From the IMG/VR virus record IMGVR_UViG_3300032218_003082, positions 1-33,804 of that record: a DNA stretch of 33,804 nucleotides; one strand, written 5' to 3'. Positions 28,389-33,804 of this stretch are shown in pieces. This stretch comes from a virus. Its lineage: Duplodnaviria; Caudoviricetes. A program made the position numbers and the translations under genes. Below the pieces are notes generated by a model. The model did no database searches. It was not told where the DNA came from and worked only from the letters and a program-made list of their open reading frames with translations. Within the stretch, counting starts at the first letter, position 1, and each line of letters starts with the position of its first letter.

Positions 28389-28508
28389 CAAAGGGGGCCC
28401 TTTTTCCAAACTGTTTTGTGGGTGTTCTGTATGGCAGAAATCGAGCTTAAAGCCTCGTCTCTACAGAAGCTGGCCTGTTTTTTCCCCTACCCCTACCTCT
28501 AAGTCACT

Positions 28509-28554
28509 TGCCCCGCCTGCAGCGCATTCGCGCTGCTAAAACACAGGCGGGGCA
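28509..28554. other. Bulged hairpin A
   Basis: TGCCCCGCCT-GCAGCGC-ATTC-GCGCTGC-TAAAACAC-AGGCGGGGCA. Confidence 0.7.
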
Positions 28555-28564
28555 CGCAGCGCGA

Positions 28565-28589
28565 ACCCGATAGCGCGAGGCTATCGGGT
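28565..28589. other. 10-bp stem hairpin downstream of the last accessory gene
   Basis: ACCCGATAGC-GCGAG-GCTATCGGGT; no convincing U-tract. Confidence 0.65.
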
Positions 28590-28611
28590 CAGGCACACCG
28601 ATAGCGGTGCG

Positions 28612-28896
28612 CTATGCCTTGGCAGCGGCCTCCTTCTCGCGTGCCAGTTGCTGGTTGCGTGCATCGCGTGCCGTCAGCGCTGCTGCTTTGCTGTCGTGCA
28701 TTTCAGTCCATCCAAAATTCACGTTCAGGTTGCGGTCAGACTCGAACCAGTAGGTGCCGTAATCCTTGTCGTATTCGTGATCCACCTGCTGCAACATCAA
28801 CAACGCTGCCGCCATCTGAGTGCGGGTCTTGATGTCCATGTGCTCGGGCATGATGTAGCTATTGCCGCCGATGGTGATGGTCTGAACTCGTTTCAT
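28612..28896 (-). CDS. Hypothetical early protein (94 aa)
   Basis: The start MKRVQT at 28896 follows TAGAAAGGATAGC; the track extension to 28968 is the promoter repeat. Confidence 0.8.
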   Translation of the reverse strand: MKRVQTITIGGNSYIMPEHMDIKTRTQMAAALLMLQQVDHEYDKDYGTYWFESDRNLNVNFGWTEMHDSKAAALTARDARNQQLAREKEAAAKA

Positions 28897-28975
28897 GTTG
28901 CTATCCTTTCTAGGTTGTCCGCCGGAATGGCGTGCCGCCACTATAAACAATTCCGGCGGACTGTGCAAGCTTTTT
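28897..28975 (-). promoter_or_regulatory. Promoter/operator/RBS repeat, copy 1
   Basis: -35 TTGCAC (28963-68), 17 nt, -10 TATAGT (28940-45); inverted TCCGCCGGAAT/ATTCCGGCGGA (28918-28, 28950-60); RBS 28902-11. Confidence 0.85.
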
Positions 28976-28987
28976 CGTAATTGATTT

Positions 28988-29017
28988 TAGCTATCAGGGC
29001 GCGCGCCCTGATAGCTA
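28988..29017. repeat. Perfect 30-bp palindrome
   Basis: TAGCTATCAGGGCGC|GCGCCCTGATAGCTA. Confidence 0.9.
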
Positions 29018-29032
29018 TTTATAGTCCAGGTG

Positions 29033-29398
29033 TTATTCGAATGTGATGCGCGCCTCGCTCATCACTTCGCTGACCTTCTCTTTCCAGTCGATCTCATCGA
29101 GGACGTCTTGGATTCGCGTTGAGATATCGAAATCATCAAGGTCGAAGTGATGTGACATGTAGCGATCTATCTGGCTCTCCACATCGAGATTGTTCTCTGC
29201 CCACGTTGTAATGCGATCATCGAGGGCGTCCTCGTCCACCGCGATGCGCGCCGCGACTGTCTCCTCAAGCTCGGCGCGTGCATCTGCAAAGCGCGCGCCG
29301 ATTAGGGTATCCAGTTGCAAGGTCACCGCTGCGGTGACCTGTTCGACCAGAGTCGCGAGCATCGCCTCGAGCATCTTTACTACTGCTGACTGTTCCAT
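29033..29398 (-). CDS. Acidic helical hypothetical early protein (121 aa)
   Basis: Has its own promoter and RBS; about 29 D/E versus about 10 K/R by hand count. Confidence 0.8.
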   Translation of the reverse strand: MEQSAVVKMLEAMLATLVEQVTAAVTLQLDTLIGARFADARAELEETVAARIAVDEDALDDRITTWAENNLDVESQIDRYMSHHFDLDDFDISTRIQDVLDEIDWKEKVSEVMSEARITFE

Positions 29399-29478
29399 GT
29401 CTTTATCCTTTCTAGGTTATCCGCCGGAATCGACGTGCCACTACTATAAACAGTTCCGGCGGATTGTGCAAGCTTTTT
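29399..29478 (-). promoter_or_regulatory. Promoter/operator/RBS repeat, copy 2
   Basis: -35 TTGCAC (29466-71), 17 nt, -10 TATAGT (29443-48); inverted ATCCGCCGGAA/TTCCGGCGGAT; RBS 29404-13. Confidence 0.85.
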
Positions 29479-29629
29479 ATTCGTCCCCGTAATCTTCCAC
29501 ATCCGATCGCATCGCGTCGATCGAATACTGGCCGTTGAGCAACTCGCAAAGCAGCTGCAGGGCGTGGTCGATGGTCAGGCCGTCCGAGCCGATCCACTGG
29601 CGCAGGGCGTCGGTGGTGATGGGTCTCAT
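29477..29629 (-). CDS. Small acidic hypothetical protein (50 aa, not in the track)
   Basis: MRPITTDALRQWIGSDGLTIDHALQLLCELLNGQYSIDAMRSDVEDYGDE*; ATGA overlap with the upstream gene and a GGAG RBS. Confidence 0.7.
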   Translation of the reverse strand: MRPITTDALRQWIGSDGLTIDHALQLLCELLNGQYSIDAMRSDVEDYGDE

Positions 29630-29979
29630 GCATCGCTCCCCTCGGGCAGTCCGTCCTCACCCGTGACAAGGTATCCGCCGAGGCACTCGCACCGCCAGCT
29701 GTCGCAGTCGATCAGCACCACGCCCGCATCGCCATGCGAGTCTTCCTCAGTGAGGCGATGTTCGGCATTCCAGATGCCGTACCCGGTATTTCCCTCGGCG
29801 GCCTGCACGCATTCCTGCACAAGGCGCGCGGCCGCATATTCCACATCGCCCGAACGTCCCACCATGCGCGCCTTCAAGGCGCGCACCACACCCGGCGCGC
29901 GCCACCCAGTCCAGTGGCAATAGACCACCGGGCTAAACTTCGAACCCTGCACCACCTGAAACAATACTCTGTCACCCAT
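29626..29979 (-). CDS. Hypothetical early protein with a YxHWxG motif (117 aa)
   Basis: MGDR....VYCHWTG...D..Y..ARLV...D.G, a pattern recurrent in phage early genes; has its own promoter and RBS. Confidence 0.8.
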   Translation of the reverse strand: MGDRVLFQVVQGSKFSPVVYCHWTGWRAPGVVRALKARMVGRSGDVEYAAARLVQECVQAAEGNTGYGIWNAEHRLTEEDSHGDAGVVLIDCDSWRCECLGGYLVTGEDGLPEGSDA

Positions 29980-30053
29980 GACGCTATCCTTTCTGAGTTA
30001 TCCGCCGGAATCGACGTGCAGCCACTATAAACAGAATCCCGGCGGAAGTCAAC
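29980..30053 (-). promoter_or_regulatory. Promoter/operator/RBS repeat, copy 3
   Basis: -35 TTGACT (30047-52), 17 nt, -10 TATAGT (30024-29); TCCGCCGG/CCGGCGGA inverted pair; RBS 29985-94. Confidence 0.85.
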
Positions 30054-30054
30054 A

Positions 30055-30101
30055 GGCGCGCGCTCCGCGTGCCACGGCACGCGGAAAACACTGCGCGCGC
30101 C
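30055..30101. other. Bulged hairpin B
   Basis: GGCGCGCGC-TCCGCGTGCC-AC-GGCACGCGGA-AAACACT-GCGCGCGCC. Confidence 0.7.
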
Positions 30102-30262
30102 ACCGTCCGAGCACCACGGCGCGCGGCGCTCGGGAGAATTTCACACCACCACCCACCGAGGGCCGAGGCCCGGTTTCCAGCTTATAGTTAACCGCTATTA
30201 ATCCGCCGGTTTCAATAGTTTCCCCCTATATCCACCGGCGGCTGCAGCTGGTTGCTAAGTGT

Positions 30263-31270
30263 TCAGGCGCTCAACAGCTCCAGCGCCCGCTGTTTTAACG
30301 CGTTGCCAGTGCCGAACCACGCGGATTCTAAGCGCGTGTTATCGGAGCGGCCGCGCTCGTGGTCGACTAATTGCGTAACCGCATTCAGTGCTGCCCAGCG
30401 TGTACCCGCGACGCCTTTAATGTCCGCACCGATCGCTGCACCGTCGAACAATTCGAGAATGCGTTTATATCCTTTCGTTTCCTCGAGTGGCTTTGCACTG
30501 GTGTGGTAAGGCTTGAGCAGCTCGGCCACGAATGAATCGCACTCTTCGCGCGTCATGCTGTGCCCGGCAAGCTGGCGCGACTGAACCATAAAGCCCTCGA
30601 ATTGATTCGCCACCACGCCCAGCTGCAGCCGGACAGAATCGGCGTCGAAGCGCTCGCTGTGCAGCACGCGGACGGCGGATTTTAAATAACCCTTATCTGT
30701 TTCGGCCTCGCCTGATACCGGGCGGCCGTTGCTGTATCCGCCCACGGCGGCCGTGATGGTGTTATTGCACACGACACGGATCGCGGTGAATTTCGCAATG
30801 GTTGCCATTGTGCCGTCGTAGGATGTGCCCAGCAGCAGGTACGGCTTGACGATATCGCCGTCCACCACTGGCGCGCCCTCGCCCACGCTCGCCAGTGCCC
30901 ACACCCGGCGGCCATGCGACAGCGCGCCCGCCGTTTCAAGCTTGAATCCGCCGAGGTTGACCAGCGTGCGAAAAAAGCTCATTACCTCGGACGGTTGCAC
31001 CACGTTGTAACCGTTCGACACTACGGCCAGCGGCGCGCCCGTGTCCGAGCGGTGCAATACTTTGCGCTCCGGCCATGCCTGCATGCCGGTAACGCTCGGC
31101 GTGGTGTATTCAACGACGGATTCGAGCACGCGGTAGTTTAGTCCGGCCTGTTCCGTCCATTGCTCAATAGTTGCATCCGGCGTTAATGCCTGCCCGAGGC
31201 CGTGCCACGGGGTTGCGCCAGTGTAGGCCATTGCTGCGCGGCCGGTTGTCTCGTCGATCATATGTGCCAT
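30263..31270 (-). CDS. DUF932 / TIGR03299 phage-plasmid family protein (335 aa)
   Basis: MAHMI...PWHGLG...AGL...RSDT...L.VVS..Y.VVQP...ETAGAL..GRRVWALA...YLLL.TS.DG...T.IRVVCNNT...GTRW.ALNAVT...DH...WFG; start at 31270 follows GAAAGGATAGC. Confidence 0.9.
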   Translation of the reverse strand: MAHMIDETTGRAAMAYTGATPWHGLGQALTPDATIEQWTEQAGLNYRVLESVVEYTTPSVTGMQAWPERKVLHRSDTGAPLAVVSNGYNVVQPSEVMSFFRTLVNLGGFKLETAGALSHGRRVWALASVGEGAPVVDGDIVKPYLLLGTSYDGTMATIAKFTAIRVVCNNTITAAVGGYSNGRPVSGEAETDKGYLKSAVRVLHSERFDADSVRLQLGVVANQFEGFMVQSRQLAGHSMTREECDSFVAELLKPYHTSAKPLEETKGYKRILELFDGAAIGADIKGVAGTRWAALNAVTQLVDHERGRSDNTRLESAWFGTGNALKQRALELLSA

Positions 31271-31322
31271 TTTGCTATCCTTTCGGTTTAATTGTGCCGC
31301 TGCAATTGCAGCGACTAAAAAC

Positions 31323-31351
31323 AGTTTATCACCCTTTTTTGAACCGCGCAA
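31323..31351 (-). promoter_or_regulatory. Sigma70-like promoter of the DUF932 gene
   Basis: TTGCGC-17 nt-TAAACT, preceded by an A-rich tract. Confidence 0.6.
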
Positions 31352-31354
31352 GCT

Positions 31355-31417
31355 TTATTTATCGCACTGGTCAATAAACCACCACAGCACAATCAAAACA
31401 GCTATGACGGCGAACAT
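31355..31417 (-). CDS. Possible 20-aa hydrophobic peptide
   Basis: MFAVIAVLIVLWWFIDQCDK*; GGGGG RBS; overlaps the end of the upstream gene. Confidence 0.4.
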   Translation of the reverse strand: MFAVIAVLIVLWWFIDQCDK

Positions 31418-32100
31418 GCATCGCCCCCGATATCCCCGGCCACGTGATGACGCAACAGCGAGCCCGGGGGCAGCGAGCGAGCAAAGCTTCGCACGGCCAC
31501 AGCATCATCGGCGCGGCCGGTCTTTTTCAGCCCGTGCCACTGAATAGCCGTCGGCCCGCCTGCGGCATAGCATCCGCCCTTCCCAGTGCCCACACGTTTT
31601 TTTCCGCTACCGTGCGCAACAAACACCACCACCAGCGAGCGATCACCACGGGCACACAATGGCGAGCCGTTGCCGCACTGCTGGCACGTGAAATTATCGG
31701 CGAGCTCCGCCGGGCATTGTGCGAACAGCACGCCATGCATACGTTGCGGCCACTGCGAGCCCAAGGGCGCAGCGTATACCGCCGGGCGGCCAAGCTCTAC
31801 CGTGCGCACGGCATCGGCCATGCTATCGCACGATGCATTAAACACTGTTTTACCTTCGCGCGGCATCGGCAAAGCTTCCGCCGGGAAATGAGAATAAGTC
31901 CACGCCTTACCATTGCGCGGCACGGCGTCGGAAACGGCCTGCATGTATTCAACGTCGACAGCAACAGCGCCGGATTCACTGCGCGGATGCAATGCGCAGC
32001 TGGTCGGGCATGTTGCATAGGTTTCGTGCTGGCCGCTGCGATACGTGACAGCGATAGGGCCGGTCTTGCTGTTACCACTAACTGCGACGGTTTTAATCAT
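31402..32100 (-). CDS. Cys-rich Gp88/DUF7227-like protein, probably metal or Fe-S binding (232 aa)
   Basis: N.KTGPI, TCPTSC, WTYSH, NASCD, CPAE...CQQC...LCA, AHG, GCYA..GP...W and LRHHVAGD motifs. Family name is from memory. Confidence 0.65.
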   Translation of the reverse strand: MIKTVAVSGNSKTGPIAVTYRSGQHETYATCPTSCALHPRSESGAVAVDVEYMQAVSDAVPRNGKAWTYSHFPAEALPMPREGKTVFNASCDSMADAVRTVELGRPAVYAAPLGSQWPQRMHGVLFAQCPAELADNFTCQQCGNGSPLCARGDRSLVVVFVAHGSGKKRVGTGKGGCYAAGGPTAIQWHGLKKTGRADDAVAVRSFARSLPPGSLLRHHVAGDIGGDACSPS

Positions 32101-32134
32101 GATTTATCCTTTCTGGGTTAGTAATGCAGCACTA

Positions 32135-32162
32135 ATTCTAGCAGAATTTTAAAACAGTGCAA
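32135..32162 (-). promoter_or_regulatory. Sigma70-like promoter with extended -10
   Basis: TTGCAC-16 nt-(TGC)TAGAAT. Confidence 0.6.
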
Positions 32163-32469
32163 GCTCTTCAGAAATTACTTTTTTATCGGTCTTCGACTTG
32201 TCCCGATACTTTGCCAAAAAAGCGCGTAGCGCCTTCACGTTCGCGCGCGCCTCGCGTTGCAGCTCCGGCCCTTCCTCGCCCTGCAATTCGGCATAGTGGA
32301 AAAAGCCCTGCGCGGCGTCGGTATACTTGGCCAGCACGTAGGCGGCCTCGTGAATAATTAGCTCGTCGGCAAGCTCTTCCACCGGGCATTTATCGTCGAC
32401 GGCGATAACGTCGGTCAGATGCATATAAAGCTCGTCACTGCGGAAAGCATCGCGGAGAATGCGCCTCAT
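32149..32469 (-). CDS. Hypothetical early protein (106 aa)
   Basis: TAGAAAGGATAAATC-ATG leader. Confidence 0.75.
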   Translation of the reverse strand: MRRILRDAFRSDELYMHLTDVIAVDDKCPVEELADELIIHEAAYVLAKYTDAAQGFFHYAELQGEEGPELQREARANVKALRAFLAKYRDKSKTDKKVISEELALF

Positions 32470-32496
32470 GATTTATCCTTTCTAGGTCAAGTAAGC

Positions 32497-32525
32497 GCAG
32501 CGCCCCGTGAGGCGCTGCTGTTTTT
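32497..32525. terminator. Hairpin with a T-tract on the plus strand (possible antisense terminator or processing hairpin)
   Basis: GCAGCGCC-CCGTGA-GGCGCTGC-TGTTTTT on the plus strand. Confidence 0.45.
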
Positions 32526-32536
32526 AGTCCAGGGTC

Positions 32537-32719
32537 CTACACGGCCAGTGTAACGTGCTCGCAAGCAAACTCAATCGCAATCTGCTGCGCCATTTCCGCA
32601 AGCGACTCCTCGCTGGTGATGTCCCCATGCACTTCCTGCACGTAAAACGAATTCCCCGAATGTTTTCCCGCGATGGTTCGGACTATTCCGTCGCTGGTTT
32701 GATAGGTGCGCTCGATCAT
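32537..32719 (-). CDS. Small hypothetical early protein (60 aa)
   Basis: The start MIERTY at 32719 follows AAGAAAGGAAAAATC. Confidence 0.7.
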   Translation of the reverse strand: MIERTYQTSDGIVRTIAGKHSGNSFYVQEVHGDITSEESLAEMAQQIAIEFACEHVTLAV

Positions 32720-32763
32720 GATTTTTCCTTTCTTGGTTGGCGTTGTCATGTGACAACACCGCT

Positions 32764-32792
32764 ATTAGAACACAACTGTTTATAGCCGTCAA
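32764..32792 (-). promoter_or_regulatory. Sigma70-like promoter with extended -10
   Basis: TTGACG-17 nt-(TGT)TCTAAT. Confidence 0.6.
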
Positions 32793-33193
32793 GCACTTTC
32801 GGAAATTATTTTTTGCTCGAGCTCCCCCCACGGCATGCCATGGGACGGCCACGCGGCCAGCGGTGCAATCCGCATGCCGTGCTCGGCCAAGGCAACAGCA
32901 TCGAGGCCGCGATACAGGCACACCATGTCGGGCCGAGAGCGCGACGCCTTCCACAGGATCAGCACAAAGCAGGGGCGGCCAGCGAGGGCATGCCGGGTCA
33001 GGAAAGCAATCTGATGCGGCCGCAGGCCCACGGCATACCCTTGGACCACCTTCAATTCCATCATCGCGAACCGGCGGCCAGCCCCCACCAGCATGTCCGA
33101 GATGCCCAAATTGACCCTGTTTTCGATGCGGTCAATGTCCAGCCCGGCCAGCCCCTTGCGGACCCGGGCGGAAAAGGATGCCTCAGGTTTCAT
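32789..33193 (-). CDS. PD-(D/E)xK nuclease, VRR-NUC / Holliday junction resolvase-like (134 aa)
   Basis: E..F...V...RIEN....GISD...MELK...LRPHQIAF...G...FVLI. Confidence 0.75.
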   Translation of the reverse strand: MKPEASFSARVRKGLAGLDIDRIENRVNLGISDMLVGAGRRFAMMELKVVQGYAVGLRPHQIAFLTRHALAGRPCFVLILWKASRSRPDMVCLYRGLDAVALAEHGMRIAPLAAWPSHGMPWGELEQKIISESA

Positions 33194-33803
33194 CAGAAAG
33201 GGGGCTAGGATCGATTTTCTCGAAAATGTCGGGCGGGGGGCTGTCCACCCCGGGGTCGAAGCTTGGATCGGCCTCTTTGGCGTTGCTGGAAGCTATCTCG
33301 TCGGGCGTGGCCTCGATCAGCCGCCCCGGCGGGCCGCCGTACAGCTTTTTGAGCTCGTCCAGCTTCTTTTGGACCTCTTCCTTGGACATTTGGTCGATCG
33401 TGCCGTGGCGGATTTCTTTGCGCTCGACGTAGATCGTCCCCAGCGCCTGCCCGCGCCGGTATTCCGCCTGCACCGCCGCCGAGTACGCCCCAGCCTGCAG
33501 GGCAGCATCGCGAATGGTCTGCAGGTCTTTCATGTGCCGCTCGTAGGTCGTGTTGTACTTCGAGGCCAGCTCGGCGCGGTACGCCTGAATCGCCGCCACC
33601 ACGTGCGGGCAGATGTCCGGATTGGTCAGCTTCCATGCCGTCACCGAAGCGCTGTGCGCCTTGTACCCTGCGCGGATCGCGGCCTCCTTCAGCGTCATGT
33701 TGCCATCGTTGGACACGTACTCCTGCACGAACTTCCACTCACGTGCATTCAGCGTCTTGAGGCCTGCCAGCGGGCCTACCTTGGTCGCAGTGCGCCGCCT
33801 GAC
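33183..33803 (-). CDS. terS: Terminase small subunit, 5' end outside the window
   Basis: The frame is open to the window edge: LNAREWKFVQEY...TLKEAAIRAGY...SASVTAWKL.NP (HTH), IRDAAL..G.YSAAVQAE..RG...G.YVE. Confidence 0.8.
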   Translation of the reverse strand, partial: VRRRTATKVGPLAGLKTLNAREWKFVQEYVSNDGNMTLKEAAIRAGYKAHSASVTAWKLTNPDICPHVVAAIQAYRAELASKYNTTYERHMKDLQTIRDAALQAGAYSAAVQAEYRRGQALGTIYVERKEIRHGTIDQMSKEEVQKKLDELKKLYGGPPGRLIEATPDEIASSNAKEADPSFDPGVDSPPPDIFEKIDPSPLSDET

Positions 33804-33804
33804 C

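Noticed and set aside
26629-28539. 636-aa plus-strand ORF, and other long plus-strand ORFs (20946-22277, 25565-26878, 18621-19547)
   Set aside because: These are antisense shadows of terL, portal, the SLT protein and scaffold, with implausible composition.
28360-28611. tRNA in the hairpin-rich intergenic region
   Set aside because: No cloverleaf or T-loop GTTCRA consensus in a suitable context was found.
29412-29669. 85-aa track ORF
   Set aside because: It runs through promoter copy 2; the 29477-29629 frame has an RBS, translational coupling and more protein-like composition.
28897-30053. The three repeats as a CRISPR array
   Set aside because: They are 500-580 bp apart, separated by ORFs, contain promoter and RBS elements, and no cas genes are present.
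28509-30101. Hairpins as integron attC sites
   Set aside because: No RYYYAAC/GTTRRRY ends were seen, there is no integron integrase in the window, and the cassettes carry their own promoters.
28941-32785. CTGT-containing box as a LexA SOS box
   Set aside because: The CTGT-N8-ACAG dyad is not completed at the copies examined.

Overview
This window is about 34 kb of a tailed dsDNA phage genome, with every credible gene on the minus strand. Read right to left it holds: a 5'-truncated terminase small subunit and a PD-(D/E)xK (VRR-NUC-like) nuclease; a ~4.2 kb accessory/early island; terminase large subunit; a 1161-aa lytic-transglycosylase-bearing protein; portal; GroES-like co-chaperonin; scaffold; Mu gpT-like major capsid protein; small basic virion proteins; adaptor-like proteins; several tail fibre/receptor-binding proteins; a nozzle-like protein; and a 3'-truncated ejection-like protein that the ORF track misses. 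There is no tape measure or major tail tube gene, which fits a podovirus-like morphogenesis module. No integrase, replication or lysis genes were recognised. The most striking structure is the island between terS and terL (28.4-32.8 kb). It is built from small gene cassettes, most with their own sigma70 promoter, and seven genes share an AGAAAGGATA leader. Three cassettes carry a near-identical ~75-bp promoter repeat with two TCCG-S-CGGA palindromes, and recurring hairpins and a CTGTTTWTAG box lie between genes. Other highlights are a pseudoknotted RNA candidate downstream of the capsid gene (Mu-gpT-DE-like), a short x-[AKR]-x-G-[GS] motif shared by six probable internal virion proteins, an apparently segment-permuted Cys-rich enzyme, and two receptor-binding proteins sharing one N-terminal anchor. 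All product calls come from motif recognition by eye, not from database searches.
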